Source: Planctomycetota bacterium
GTDB lineage: Bacteria > Planctomycetota > B15-G4 > SIAN01
Direction of reading: 5' to 3'
Length of the DNA: 64,000 nucleotides
Assembly: GCA_031409275.1 (NCBI GenBank)
Contig: JANNXA010000055.1
Coordinates: 96,001 to 160,000 of the forward strand
The number at the start of each line of letters is the position of its first letter. Positions within the stretch are counted from its first letter, which is position 1. This document shows positions 1-10,230 of this stretch, piece by piece. The notes below the pieces were generated by a model, which was not told where the DNA came from, searched no databases, and saw only the letters and a program-made list of their open reading frames with translations. Made by a program: the position numbers and the translations under genes.

Positions 1-34
1 GCATCTCCTTCTTGCGGAAACGCATCCAGGCCAT
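1..34 (-). CDS. 5' end of a gene running off the window (MAWMRFRKKEM...), possibly acetyl-CoA carboxylase beta subunit
   Basis: ATG at 34-32 preceded by SD-like GGAGAGG, directly downstream of rpe. The product guess rests only on the short basic N-terminus. Confidence 0.35.
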   Translation of the reverse strand, partial: MAWMRFRKKEM

Positions 35-70
35 GTGGTTCCTCTCCCTGCGGCTTGGCCGCGTTGCGCT

Positions 71-751
71 CTAGCGTCCACCGGCCGCGGCCGGTGCCGC
101 CGCCGACTGCGCCGCGCGCCGCAATTCGCCGATGCGACCCGCGAGGTCCGGCGCGCCGAAGATGGCGCTACCGGCCACGAAAACGTTGGCGCCAGCCTGC
201 GCTGCCGCCGCGATCGTCGACGGCCCGATGCCGCCGTCGATCTCCAGATCGCCGGTGAAGCCGGCCGCCCGCAACGCCGCAAGCTTCGGCAGCACTTCCG
301 GCATGAACTTCTGCCCGCCGAAACCTGGGTAGACGCTCATCACCAGCACCATCGCGACGGCATCGAGGCACGGCTTCACCCGCTCGACGGGCGTGTTGGG
401 GTTGATCGCCAGCGCCGGCTTGCCGCCCGCCGCCCGGATCACGTCGATCACGGCGCGCGGCTCGGCGCACGCTTCGACGTGGAACGTCAGCACGTCGGCC
501 CCCGCCTCGACGTAGCGGCGCGCGTAGTCGAGCGGATTGCTGATCATGATGTGGACGTCGAGCGGCCGTCGGGCGACCTTCTTCAGCGCCTCCACCACCG
601 GTAGGCCGATGGTCAAGTTCGGCACGAAGTGGCCGTCCATCACATCGACGTGGAGCCAGTCGGCGCCGGCGTCTTCAACACGCCGCACCTCTTCCGCGAG
701 GCGGACGAAATCGGCCGAGAGCAGCGAGGGGGCGATGCGGACGGGTGGCAT
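71..751 (-). CDS. rpe: ribulose-phosphate 3-epimerase
   Basis: IAPSLLSADF, HVDVMDGHFVPN, MSVYPGFGGQ, IDGGI motifs. Confidence 0.97.
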   Translation of the reverse strand: MPPVRIAPSLLSADFVRLAEEVRRVEDAGADWLHVDVMDGHFVPNLTIGLPVVEALKKVARRPLDVHIMISNPLDYARRYVEAGADVLTFHVEACAEPRAVIDVIRAAGGKPALAINPNTPVERVKPCLDAVAMVLVMSVYPGFGGQKFMPEVLPKLAALRAAGFTGDLEIDGGIGPSTIAAAAQAGANVFVAGSAIFGAPDLAGRIGELRRAAQSAAAPAAAGGR

Positions 752-754
752 GGG

Positions 755-1828
755 TCAGGAGTATAGGCCCGGCACGGCGCGCGCCCGCGCCTCGAGGTCG
801 GCCTTCGACAAGAGGCCTGGGAGGCGCTCTGCCAGCCGCTCGCGCGCGAGGGCGAGCGCGTCGTGCTCGCCGGTCGCAGCGGCCAGCGTCCCGAGCTCGA
901 GCGCGAACTCCGCTTCCAGCCGCTCGGTCCCAAGGCCGCTCACGGCAGCGAGCGCCGCCGACCAGGCCGCGAGCTCCCGGCGCGCGTCGCCGCCGGCGCG
1001 CGCGATGGCCGCCTCCGCGCTGGCCAGCTCCCAACACAACATCGGGTCGCGCACCGGCCCAAGCTCGGCGCGCACGCCCTCCAGACGCTTCGATGCGCTC
1101 GCGCTCGCGCCGCACCACGCTTCGTGGCGCGCCAGTTCCACCTCGAGGTAGTGGCGCCAGCTGTCGCCCGCCGAATCGAGCTCCGAACGATCGGCCAGCA
1201 ACCCTTCCAGCAGCGCCACCGCATCTTCCGGCGCGCCTTCCAGCCCGCGCTCGCGAGCGTGCCAGTAGCAGGACGAGAAGCGCAGCGCGCGCGGCAGCGC
1301 TTCCGCGAGGCGCCGCGTCTCCTTCATCAACGCGACGTCGCGGCACCACCAGCCGGTGCGCCACAGCACATCGAGCAGTTCCGTGCACGGTCCGAGGTCC
1401 TCCCGCAGCCGCGGCCACAACGCGCGACCGCCCGCGACCAGCGCGGTGCGATACCCGGGCGCGTCGATCTTGTGGCAGGCTCGCAGCAGCTCGAGTTCGA
1501 CCAGCGCCGCGAGCGTGCTGCCGCGCTGCGATCCCGCTTGCAGCTCCGCCAGCAACTCGATGACGATTGGCAGCGCCTCCTGCGGTCGATCGAGCGGAAA
1601 GGCCAGCGTGCGGCCGATGAAGTAGCGCAGGACCGCCGCCAACCAGCTCGCGCCACGCTCCTGCGCCTGGCGAGCGACTCGCCGGCACCCTTCGAGGTAG
1701 CTCTCGAGACGCGCGAAGTCGCCGCCATGGTCGAGTTCGAGGAACGCCTCGACCAGCTCGCGCTCGCCCAGCAGGTGCAACCGCGGCAGTTCACGCTCGA
1801 GCTGCTCGCGCAACGTCGCGCTCGTCAC
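755..1828 (-). CDS. hypothetical alpha-helical (TPR-like) protein, partner of the Hsp90-family gene
   Basis: 357-aa Leu/Ala/Glu-rich ORF with host-like codon bias, 10 nt downstream of the Hsp90-like gene. Confidence 0.7.
   Translation of the reverse strand: MTSATLREQLERELPRLHLLGERELVEAFLELDHGGDFARLESYLEGCRRVARQAQERGASWLAAVLRYFIGRTLAFPLDRPQEALPIVIELLAELQAGSQRGSTLAALVELELLRACHKIDAPGYRTALVAGGRALWPRLREDLGPCTELLDVLWRTGWWCRDVALMKETRRLAEALPRALRFSSCYWHARERGLEGAPEDAVALLEGLLADRSELDSAGDSWRHYLEVELARHEAWCGASASASKRLEGVRAELGPVRDPMLCWELASAEAAIARAGGDARRELAAWSAALAAVSGLGTERLEAEFALELGTLAAATGEHDALALARERLAERLPGLLSKADLEARARAVPGLYS
760..765 (-). promoter_or_regulatory. candidate -10 box (TATACT) 8 nt upstream of the rpe ATG
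   Basis: Minus strand reads TATACT-cctgaccc-ATG with no SD. Confidence 0.45.
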
Positions 1829-1838
1829 GGCGCGCGAC

Positions 1839-3695
1839 TCATCGCTGCAGCAGCGCGGTCAAGGACGCCATCGCGCTGGTGAACGCGGCGCGCGATTCGT
1901 CGGGGTTCATGCGCTTGCCGGCGAAGAAGCGCGCGGTCTGCAAGATGACGTCGAGCGCCGGAGCGAATGCCGGGTCGTCGCTTCCGCGTCGCTCGAGCTC
2001 GCGCAGCAGCACGCTGCCCGCGTTCAGATGGAGCACCGGCGCCGCTTCGCCACGCCCCGGCGTCCGACGCGCGAGGAAGTCGCGCATCAAGTCGGCGATC
2101 GCACCGCCGACGTGGTCGTGATCGAGCGCGTCCTGCACCCGCTTCACTCGATCGTGCGCCGGCGGGTAGATCCACAGCGCCGGGAGGTCGGTCGGCTCGA
2201 AGGTGACCGTTCGCACCCGGAAGCCGAGTTGCTCGCACCGGGCGCGCAGTTGCGGCAGCGCCCCTTCGGCGAGCGTGAAGAGGTTGCCCGCGCCCGGCCG
2301 CAACTGATCGAGACGCACGTCGGCGCGCTCGCTCGCGTAGCGCTTGAGGAACGACTCCTCGGCGAAACGCGACGCGTCGATCACCACCAGTCCCTGCGCC
2401 TCGAAGAGGAGGCGCTCCTGATTGAGCCCCGACTCGTCGCTGAAGTAGTGGATCGTGTCGCCGGCGGCGGTACGGATCTCCGGCAACGTCAACCGTCCGC
2501 GCGAGGTGTCGAACTGCACGAGGTCGGCCACGGCCCGAAACAGCGGCGGCGATTGCAGCGCCCAGCCCTTGATGAGGTCGTTGTGGGCGAAGACGATCTC
2601 GCGCCACGCGGACGGCTCTTCGCGCGCGAGGCGCTCGAAGAATGCGGTCAGCTGCAGCTCGAGCCCCGCCCGCGCCTGGCGGAAGAGATCGTCCTGCCGC
2701 AGCGCTTCGCGACTCACGGTGGGACGCAGACGTGGCGATTCGACGACGCCGCGCACGAACCTCGCCCACGGCGGCAACAGGTCGCGCTCGCGCTCGCAGA
2801 TGAACATGCGCCGCACGTAGACGGCGACGTCGCCCCACTCCTGCAGCGAGGTGACCGATCCTGGCGGCACGAAGAGCACCCCCGCCAGCGGCAGCGTGAA
2901 GCGGTCGTCGCCGACCGCGATCACGACGTCCTCGAGTGGCAGCAGCGCGAGCGGCTCGACGTCGAATCGCTCGCGCACGAAGTCGAGGTAGGCCGGCGCC
3001 CCCGCGCCGACGTGCCATGGCGCCTCGCCGGCGTTCACGGCCTCCGGGTCGGGTTCGGCGTTCTCCTCGGCGACGTGAATCGGCGTGGCGAGGAAGCCGG
3101 CATAGAGACGAATCGCGCGCGTGAGCGTCTCGACGTCGAGCAGCGCCTGCGCGCTCGCCTTCAGTTCCATGCGCAGCGTGGTGCCGACCTCGCGGGCCGC
3201 GGGCGCGGGCTCGAGCTCATAGCTCTGACCGCCGCTCGAAGTGAAGCGCAGGGTCGGCGCGCCGGGACGATACGAGCGAGTCGTCAAGACGACCCGTTTG
3301 GCGAGCAAGAACGCCGAAAGGAAACCGAGCCCGAACTGGCCGACGAGCTGCTCGGCTGCGGCGACCTCCGCCGACTCCCCGACTTCGAGGCGCGCGCGCA
3401 GCTCGCCGGTGTAGGAGCGGCCGATCGTCGCGAGGAACTCGCCGATCTCCGACTCGGTGAGGCCGCTGCCATCGTCCTCGAGTTCGAGCCAGCGACCGCG
3501 CCGCGAGAAGCGAACGACGACCCGCGGCGCGTAGCCTGGGGCGCGCTCCTCGGCGCGGCGGCGTTCGCACGAGTCGTGCGCGTTCTGCAGGGCTTCGCGC
3601 AACGCGACGGTCGGATCGGAGTAGAGATGCTCACCGAGGATCGTGAGGAGACCGGGAAGGTGGAGCCCCATCGGCAGCGTGCGCGGCGTCGCCAT
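1839..3695 (-). CDS. HSP90/HtpG-family GHKL ATPase (divergent paralog)
   Basis: LYSDPTVALREALQNAHDS, DDGSGLT, GQFGLGFLSAF, LLPPWARFVRGVVES, TVSRE motifs. Start set at MATPRTL. Confidence 0.9.
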   Translation of the reverse strand: MATPRTLPMGLHLPGLLTILGEHLYSDPTVALREALQNAHDSCERRRAEERAPGYAPRVVVRFSRRGRWLELEDDGSGLTESEIGEFLATIGRSYTGELRARLEVGESAEVAAAEQLVGQFGLGFLSAFLLAKRVVLTTRSYRPGAPTLRFTSSGGQSYELEPAPAAREVGTTLRMELKASAQALLDVETLTRAIRLYAGFLATPIHVAEENAEPDPEAVNAGEAPWHVGAGAPAYLDFVRERFDVEPLALLPLEDVVIAVGDDRFTLPLAGVLFVPPGSVTSLQEWGDVAVYVRRMFICERERDLLPPWARFVRGVVESPRLRPTVSREALRQDDLFRQARAGLELQLTAFFERLAREEPSAWREIVFAHNDLIKGWALQSPPLFRAVADLVQFDTSRGRLTLPEIRTAAGDTIHYFSDESGLNQERLLFEAQGLVVIDASRFAEESFLKRYASERADVRLDQLRPGAGNLFTLAEGALPQLRARCEQLGFRVRTVTFEPTDLPALWIYPPAHDRVKRVQDALDHDHVGGAIADLMRDFLARRTPGRGEAAPVLHLNAGSVLLRELERRGSDDPAFAPALDVILQTARFFAGKRMNPDESRAAFTSAMASLTALLQR

Positions 3696-4481
3696 AGCGA
3701 GGGCGGACTCTATCCGCCGCCGCTCGCGCCGCTGCCACCGACGTTCTACGCACGCCCCGTGCTGACCGTCGCGCGCGCGCTGATCGGCAAGCTGCTGGTG
3801 CGGCGGATCGAAGCGGCGCCGGACGCGCCGCCGCGCTTCCTCGTGGCTCGGCTCGTCGAGGTCGAGGCGTATGGCGGCAAGCTCGACCGCGCGAGCCATA
3901 GCTTCCGCGGCCCGACGCCGCGTTGCGCCGCGATGTTCGGGCCGAGCGGGCGCCTCTACGTCTACTTCACCTACGGCGCCCACTTCTGCGTCAACGTCGT
4001 CGCCGGCTCGCGCCGCGAGGCCGCCGCGGTGCTGCTGCGCGCGGCCGAACCGTGGCGCACCGATGACGAAGACCTTGCCTGGTTGCGCGCGGGCCGGATG
4101 GCGCGCGCCCGCCCCGGCGCGACGGCGCAGCGGCTCGCGGCCGGCACGCTCGATCACGTGCTGCTGCGCGGTCCGGGCAATCTCGCGGCCGGGCTGCGCC
4201 TCGATCGGCAGCACGACGGGATGCAATTGACGAGGGGTGACGGGCCGCTGTGGATCGCCGCAGGCAACGCGGTCCGCCGCGTCGCCTGGACGCCGCGCAT
4301 CGGACTCGGCGACTACCCGGCCGCCCGCTGGAACTGGCGCGTGATCGACGGCGACAGCGACGCGACCACGCCGACCCCGTCGAACTGGCCTAGCCACCGC
4401 TCGCCACGTCCGACGCTGGCCCGCGTTCGCGCCGCCGCCACGCGAGCGCAGGCCGCGATCAATCGAGCAGCAGCGCCTTGA
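3660..4481 (+). CDS. DNA-3-methyladenine glycosylase (MPG/AAG family); start uncertain
   Basis: FYARPVLTVARALIGKLL, VEVEAY, MFGPSGRLYVYFTYGAHFCVNVV, AVLLRAAEP, GPGNL, PRIG motifs. Confidence 0.9.
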   Translation: MEPHRQRARRRHSEGGLYPPPLAPLPPTFYARPVLTVARALIGKLLVRRIEAAPDAPPRFLVARLVEVEAYGGKLDRASHSFRGPTPRCAAMFGPSGRLYVYFTYGAHFCVNVVAGSRREAAAVLLRAAEPWRTDDEDLAWLRAGRMARARPGATAQRLAAGTLDHVLLRGPGNLAAGLRLDRQHDGMQLTRGDGPLWIAAGNAVRRVAWTPRIGLGDYPAARWNWRVIDGDSDATTPTPSNWPSHRSPRPTLARVRAAATRAQAAINRAAAP

Positions 4482-5676
4482 TGCCGGGCAGAACGCCGCC
4501 CTCGAGCGCTTCGAGGAACGCGCCGCCACCGGTGGAGATGTGGCTGTAGTGGCCCTGCAACTTGAACTGCTCGATCACCGCGACCGAATCGCCGCCGCCC
4601 ACCACCGTCGTTGCGCCGGCTCGGGTCGCCAACGCGATCGCCTCGGCCACCGCCTTGCTGCCGCGCTCGAACTGCTTCCATTCGAAGACGCCGACCGGAC
4701 CGTTCCACACCACCGTCTTCGCCTCTTCGAGCTCTTTCTGGAATAGCGCGATCGTCTTCGGCCCGATGTCGAGCCCCATGAGCCCATCGGGCACGTCGAC
4801 GCCCGCCACGGCTTGCGCGGGGAGCTTCTCGTCGAACGCTGTCGCGGCAACGTGGTCGATCGGAAGGACGATTCGCACGCGCATCGCCGCCGCCTTGGAG
4901 AGGGCCGCCTTGGCGATATCGAGCTTGTCCTTCTCGCACTTGCTGGCACCGATGCGGTGGCCCTGCGCGGCGAGGAAGGTGTAGGCCATGCCGCCGCCGA
5001 TCAGCAGCGCGTCGACCTTTTCGAGCAGGTGGTCGACCACCTTGATCTTGTCGGAGACCTTGGCGCCGCCGAGCACGGCCACGAACGGGCGCTTGATGTC
5101 GGCGAGCAGGCGCGCGAGCGCCGTCATCTCCGCCTCCATCAGTCGCCCCGCCGCGCGCGCCTTCGGTGGCACCAGGGATGCCACGCCGGTGACGCTGGCA
5201 TGCGCTCGATGCGCCGTGCCGAAGGCGTCGTTGACGTAGAGCTCGCAGCCGTTGCGCAGTTTCGCCGCAAAGGCCGCATCGCCCGCTTCCTCCTCGGGAT
5301 GGAAGCGCACGTTCTCCAGCAGGACGACGTCGCCTGGCTTCTGCGCCGCGAGCGCCGCATCGACGTCGGGGCCGATGCAGCTCTTCAGCGCCGCGACCGG
5401 CTTCCCCAACAATTCGGCAAGCCGCGCTGCGCACGGCGCGAGTCGCAACTCCTCGGACGCCCCCTTCTTCGGCCGGCCGAGATGCGACGCCAAGACCACT
5501 TTCGCGCCGCGCTCCGCAAGCTCCCGGACGGTCGGCACTGCCGCCCGGATCCGACTCTCCTCGGTGATGCGCTGCCGCCCGTCGGGCCCGACCTCCATCG
5601 GCACGTTGAAGTCGACGCGCACGAAGACGCGTCGGCCTTTCACGTCGAGATCGTCGATCCGCTGGAAGTGCATCAC
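4459..5676 (-). CDS. pgk: phosphoglycerate kinase
   Basis: RVDFNVP, SHLGRP, LLENVRF, DAFGTAHRAHAS, GGAKVSDKI, HISTGGGA. Confidence 0.98.
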   Translation of the reverse strand: MMHFQRIDDLDVKGRRVFVRVDFNVPMEVGPDGRQRITEESRIRAAVPTVRELAERGAKVVLASHLGRPKKGASEELRLAPCAARLAELLGKPVAALKSCIGPDVDAALAAQKPGDVVLLENVRFHPEEEAGDAAFAAKLRNGCELYVNDAFGTAHRAHASVTGVASLVPPKARAAGRLMEAEMTALARLLADIKRPFVAVLGGAKVSDKIKVVDHLLEKVDALLIGGGMAYTFLAAQGHRIGASKCEKDKLDIAKAALSKAAAMRVRIVLPIDHVAATAFDEKLPAQAVAGVDVPDGLMGLDIGPKTIALFQKELEEAKTVVWNGPVGVFEWKQFERGSKAVAEAIALATRAGATTVVGGGDSVAVIEQFKLQGHYSHISTGGGAFLEALEGGVLPGIKALLLD

Positions 5677-5686
5677 CGTCGCCCTC

Positions 5687-6694
5687 TCACTCCTTCGACG
5701 CGGCGAGCTTGACGAGGTCGCACACGCGGGTCGAGTAGCCGAACTCGTTGTCGTACCAGGCGAAAACCTTCACCGAACGCTTGCCGAGCATCATGGTCGA
5801 CTTGGCGTCGAACACCGCCGAGTGGCTGTTGCCGATGATGTCGCTCGAGACGATCTCATCCTCGGTGTATTCGAGGATCCCCTTCATCGGGCCGGCGGCC
5901 GCTTCCTTGAACGCGGCATTCACCTGCTCGACGGTGGCGTCGCTCTTCAGCTCGGCGACGAGGTCGACGATCGAGCCGTCCGGCACCGGCACTCGCAGCG
6001 ACGTGCCGTCGAGCTTGCCCTTCAGCTCCGGCAGCACCTTGCCGACCGCGCGCGCCGCACCGGTCGTGGTCGGGATGATGTTGACGGCCGCCGCACGCGC
6101 GCGGCGCAGGTCCTTGTGGATCAGGTCGGAGACGCGCTGGTCGTTGGTGTAGGCGTGCACCGTGGTCATGAAGCCATGCTCGATGCCGAACTTCTGGTGC
6201 AGCACCTTGGCGACCGGCCCGATGCAGTTCGTCGTGCAGGAGGCGTTGGAGATGATCTTGTCGGCGGCGGTGAGCTCCGCGTCGTTCACCCCCATCACTA
6301 CCATCCGGTCGACGTCATCCTTCGGCGGGACGGTCAGCAGCACCTTCTTCGCGCCGGCATCGATGTGCTTCTGGCAGTCGGCCTTGCTGGTGAAGATGCC
6401 GGTCGACTCGATGGCGAAGTCGATGTTCAGCTCCTTCCACGGGAGCTTCGCCGGATCTTTCTCCGCGATCACCTTGATCGACTTGCCGTTCACCTTGAGT
6501 TCGCCCGGCGCCGCGGTGACCGTGCCGTCGAAGCGACCGAAGACCGAGTCGTACTTGAGCAGGTGGGCCATGCCCGCCGGATCGGTGAGGTCGTTGATGG
6601 CGACGATCTCGAAGTCTTGCGGCCGCGACCACATGATGCGGAAGACGTTGCGACCGATGCGTCCGAAGCCGTTGATGCCGATCCGAATCGCCAT
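5687..6694 (-). CDS. gap: type I glyceraldehyde-3-phosphate dehydrogenase
   Basis: [33 protein letters not shown]. Confidence 0.98.
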   Translation of the reverse strand: MAIRIGINGFGRIGRNVFRIMWSRPQDFEIVAINDLTDPAGMAHLLKYDSVFGRFDGTVTAAPGELKVNGKSIKVIAEKDPAKLPWKELNIDFAIESTGIFTSKADCQKHIDAGAKKVLLTVPPKDDVDRMVVMGVNDAELTAADKIISNASCTTNCIGPVAKVLHQKFGIEHGFMTTVHAYTNDQRVSDLIHKDLRRARAAAVNIIPTTTGAARAVGKVLPELKGKLDGTSLRVPVPDGSIVDLVAELKSDATVEQVNAAFKEAAAGPMKGILEYTEDEIVSSDIIGNSHSAVFDAKSTMMLGKRSVKVFAWYDNEFGYSTRVCDLVKLAASKE

Positions 6695-6829
6695 GACCCA
6701 CCTTCTCCGGGAACCCGAGGTCGCCGACGACGTCCGATCGCCGCCGGCTTGGAAGGCGCGCGAGCCTAACCGCCGCCCCTCCGAAATGGCGCGGCGACGA
6801 AGCGCTACCCAACGGGAATGGAGGTGCCG

Positions 6830-8116
6830 ATGACCCCTCCCGCCGAAGGCGCCGTCATCGTGGCCGCGTCGGCCGGGGCCGACTCGACCGCGCTCGCCCT
6901 CCTGCTCGCCGACGCCGGGATCGGGCCGCTCCATCTCGTGCGCGTCGACCATGGCTGGCGACCGGCGGCGCGCGCCGCCGAGGAGGCGCAGGTCGCAGCC
7001 CTGGCGCAACGGATCGGGGCGAGCTTCGAGGCGATCGCGCTGGCGCCGCCGCCCGCTCGTCGCTTCGACGAGGCGTGGGCCCGCGCCGCTCGCTACGCAG
7101 CGCTGCTCGACGTCGCGCGCCGCCGCGACGCGCCGCTCATCGCCACCGGCCACCACGCCGCCGATCGGCGCGAGACGCAACTCCTGCTGCTGGCACGCGG
7201 CAGCGATCTTGCGGCATTGCGCGGGATGGCGGCGGTGCGCCCGTTCGCCGAGAGGCTGTTGTGGCGGCCGCTGCTCGATCGCGAGCCGGCGGCGTTGCGC
7301 GCACTCCTGCGCGAGCGCGGCGTCGCGTGGCTCGACGACCCCAGCAACCGCGACTTCCGCTTCGCGCGCAATCGCATGCGCCATCACGTGCTGCCGCTGC
7401 TCGCGCGCAACGGCGACCCGCTGCTCGCACGGCTCGATGCGCTGCACGAACGAACGTCGCGTCTGCTCGTACGCCTCGCGAGTCGCGCCGACGTGGCGCT
7501 GCACCACGCGACACCGGGCGCGGCGAGCGGATTGCTCCTGCTCGACTTCACGACGCTGCAGCGCTGGCCGACCGCCCTGCTCGCCCCGCTGCTCGACGCG
7601 ATGGCGCGCCGCCTCCACGCGTCGCGCCCTCCCCGCCATCGCAGAAGCGAACTGCGCGAATTCTCCGCCTGGCTGCGCGAGGGCGCCGCGCGCGGCACCT
7701 TCCACCTCGACCACCTCGATTGGTTTCGCGCCGGGGCGCGGATTGGCGTCGCGCAGCGCGGCGCACTCCCGCCGCCCGTCGAACCGACCGCGTTGACGCT
7801 CGGACACAACGAGCGGGCGGGCTACTCCTTCGCGATCGAGGTGACCGCGGCAGACGACGTCGCCGGCGACGATCGCGATCTCTTCGTGGCGCGCTTCACC
7901 GACCGTGCGCGCCTCTCGTGGCGCACGCTGCGCGCCGGCGACCGGCTGAAGCAGGTCGCCGCAGATCGCCCATGGTTCGAGCGGCCGTTCTGGCCGGCCA
8001 TCGAAGAGGATGGCGCGCTGGCGTGGATCCCGGGGCTTGGCGCGCCTCCGCGGCTCACGCCCGGCACGCGTACCGCTGTCTCGCTACGAGTCGTCGGCCT
8101 GCCGGCGTCGGAGTGA
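6830..8116 (+). CDS. tilS: tRNA(Ile)-lysidine synthetase
   Basis: PP-loop variant [50 protein letters not shown] precedes the ATG at 6830. Confidence 0.88.
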   Translation: MTPPAEGAVIVAASAGADSTALALLLADAGIGPLHLVRVDHGWRPAARAAEEAQVAALAQRIGASFEAIALAPPPARRFDEAWARAARYAALLDVARRRDAPLIATGHHAADRRETQLLLLARGSDLAALRGMAAVRPFAERLLWRPLLDREPAALRALLRERGVAWLDDPSNRDFRFARNRMRHHVLPLLARNGDPLLARLDALHERTSRLLVRLASRADVALHHATPGAASGLLLLDFTTLQRWPTALLAPLLDAMARRLHASRPPRHRRSELREFSAWLREGAARGTFHLDHLDWFRAGARIGVAQRGALPPPVEPTALTLGHNERAGYSFAIEVTAADDVAGDDRDLFVARFTDRARLSWRTLRAGDRLKQVAADRPWFERPFWPAIEEDGALAWIPGLGAPPRLTPGTRTAVSLRVVGLPASE

Positions 8117-8124
8117 AATGAACC

Positions 8125-8153
8125 GCGGCCGCCCCGAAGCTCGGAGCGGCCGC
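8125..8153. terminator. GC-rich hairpin between convergent tilS and beta-propeller genes
   Basis: GCGGCCGC-CCCGA-AGC-TCGGA-GCGGCCGC inverted repeat. Confidence 0.6.
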
Positions 8154-8186
8154 CGTGAAGCAGATCCTTGATTCAACGGGCCGGGA

Positions 8187-9344
8187 TTACTGCAGTGCGA
8201 AGACGTTGGTCCCGTCGCAACCGATCAGCATGCCGCCGCCCTGCACGGTCGGCAGCGTCAGGTCGCCGTGCGAGAAGCGCGAGAGCACGGCGCCGGTCGC
8301 CGCCGCAACGACGGCGACTTCGCCATTGCCGACGTCCGCGTAGACGCGATCGCCGATGCGAGTGATCACCCGGGTCGCGCCCGGAAGCGTCCACAACACA
8401 TGGCCGCTGCCGAGCTCGATCGCCATCACGCCGCCATCGACGCGCTGATAGGCGGCTTCCTTGGTCAGCGTCGCCTCCTGGCTGCCGAAGTTGCCGTCGC
8501 AAGCGACCTTGAAGCGAACGACGCCGTTGCGCACATCGACGTCGTAGAGGAAGCCATTCGCCGCACCGAAGACGAGATGGTCGTCCAGCAGCGCGAGCGG
8601 CGTCGCCGCGCGCGTTCCGGCGAGTCGGCGGTACCAATTCTCCTTCGGCGCCCACGCGCTCTCGCTCGCACTGCGCGGAGGCATGGAGAAGAGCAGTCCA
8701 TCTTCGGTGATCGAGACGATCTGAGCGATCGGGCCATCGCCGTAGACGACCGAGTCGATGATCGGGCTCGACGTCGCGTAGGACCAGCCGGCATGCCCCG
8801 CCGCGAGGTCGATCGACTGCAGCGACATCGGCGCAAGGCGTCCGACGTAGAGCGAATCGCCGACCGTCACCGCGCGTCCGGAAGGGAAGAACTCCAGATG
8901 CTCGCTGTTCAGCGGCGCCTTGGCGCTGCCCATCAACCGCGAGCCGCGGCTGCGCGACACACTGCTGACCTCATCGGTGCAGACGAAGCTGACGGTCGAC
9001 GCCGTGCCACCCACGACCTGGGTCGTGCCTTCGGCCAGGTTGAGCAGCCAGAGATGGGCACCCCGCTCGCGATCGATGGCGTGGATGGTGGAGTCGTGGT
9101 CTTCGACGAGGAGCAGGTCGCCGTCGACGGTGACGCGGCTCGCCTGCACCGGCGCGCCGAGGCGCTCGGAGAGGTTCATCCGCCAGAGTTCGCCGCCGAA
9201 GCGGCCACCGGCCACCATGGCGTCGATCGTCGCCGTCATCGCTTCCCGCGAGCGGGAAGAGGTCATGCGAGCCTCGGTCGGCCCGGCGGCGCATGCGGAG
9301 ACGAGGGCGAGCAGGGTCAGAGCTGCGGGGCGCGCAAGTGACAT
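8187..9344 (-). CDS. PQQ-like beta-propeller lipoprotein (BamB-like)
   Basis: Hydrophobic signal ending in lipobox-like LVSAC; repeated AID..G..LW, SID..G..GW and DV..G.VRF blade motifs. Confidence 0.75.
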   Translation of the reverse strand: MSLARPAALTLLALVSACAAGPTEARMTSSRSREAMTATIDAMVAGGRFGGELWRMNLSERLGAPVQASRVTVDGDLLLVEDHDSTIHAIDRERGAHLWLLNLAEGTTQVVGGTASTVSFVCTDEVSSVSRSRGSRLMGSAKAPLNSEHLEFFPSGRAVTVGDSLYVGRLAPMSLQSIDLAAGHAGWSYATSSPIIDSVVYGDGPIAQIVSITEDGLLFSMPPRSASESAWAPKENWYRRLAGTRAATPLALLDDHLVFGAANGFLYDVDVRNGVVRFKVACDGNFGSQEATLTKEAAYQRVDGGVMAIELGSGHVLWTLPGATRVITRIGDRVYADVGNGEVAVVAAATGAVLSRFSHGDLTLPTVQGGGMLIGCDGTNVFALQ

Positions 9345-9450
9345 GGAGAGCCTCGGAGCCATATGGTGAAGAAGCGCTGCAGGAGCGCGCCGCACTTACC
9401 CCCATCGCAGGGAGGGGGTAACGGGGGCGCGGAAAGCGCAGGATGATCCA

Positions 9451-10170
9451 GTGGATCGCTCGCCGAATCAAGACTCGAGGATGGCTCTCGCCGGGCGGCT
9501 GGCGCAGGTGCAGGCCCGCATCGCCGGCGCGGCGGCCCGTTCTGGCCGTCCCGCAAGCGCCATCCAGCTGGTGGCGGTCACCAAGCAGACGGAGGATCAG
9601 GCCGTGGTCGACGCGCTGGCGCTCGGGCTGCGCGACTTCGCCGAGAACCGCGTCCAGCTGCTGCTCGGTCGCGGGCCCGAGCTGTTGGCCCAGGGGCGCT
9701 GGCACCTGATCGGTCCGCTGCAGTCGAACAAGGTCAAGGCGGCGGTCGCCGTGATCGCCGAGTTCCACGCCCTCGACCGCGTCGAGCTGCTCCCGCTGCT
9801 CGCGCGCGCCGCGGCGGCGCGCGGGCGGCCACTTCCGGTCTGGCTCCAGATCAACGTCGCCGCCGAGCCGCAGAAGCACGGCAGCGCGCCCGCCGCCGCC
9901 GCTGCGCTCGCGCAGGCCGCCGCGGCGCTGCCCGAACTCGAGCTGCGCGGGCTGATGGCGATGGCGCCGTTGGCCGACCCCGCCGGCGAGGCGCGCCGCT
10001 GGTTCGCCGCGCTGCGGGAACTCTCGCTCGATCTGCGGCGCACGGGAGCACTGCCGGAACATGCCGCCGGACTGTCGATGGGCATGTCGGGCGACTTCGA
10101 GTGCGCCATCGAGGAGGGGGCGACCGTCGTCCGCGTCGGTTCGGCGCTCTTCCGCGACGAGACCGCTTGA
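9451..10170 (+). CDS. yggS: YggS/PLPBP pyridoxal-phosphate homeostasis protein (alternative start 9481)
   Basis: LVAVTK, FAENRVQ, WHLIGPLQSNKV, LSMGMSGDF, GATVVRVGSALF. Confidence 0.95.
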   Translation: MDRSPNQDSRMALAGRLAQVQARIAGAAARSGRPASAIQLVAVTKQTEDQAVVDALALGLRDFAENRVQLLLGRGPELLAQGRWHLIGPLQSNKVKAAVAVIAEFHALDRVELLPLLARAAAARGRPLPVWLQINVAAEPQKHGSAPAAAAALAQAAAALPELELRGLMAMAPLADPAGEARRWFAALRELSLDLRRTGALPEHAAGLSMGMSGDFECAIEEGATVVRVGSALFRDETA

Positions 10171-10230
10171 TAGCTTCCCGGACACCTTGAGGCAGCGTTC
10201 GCACCGACCCCGTGACGGAGTCCTGATCGC

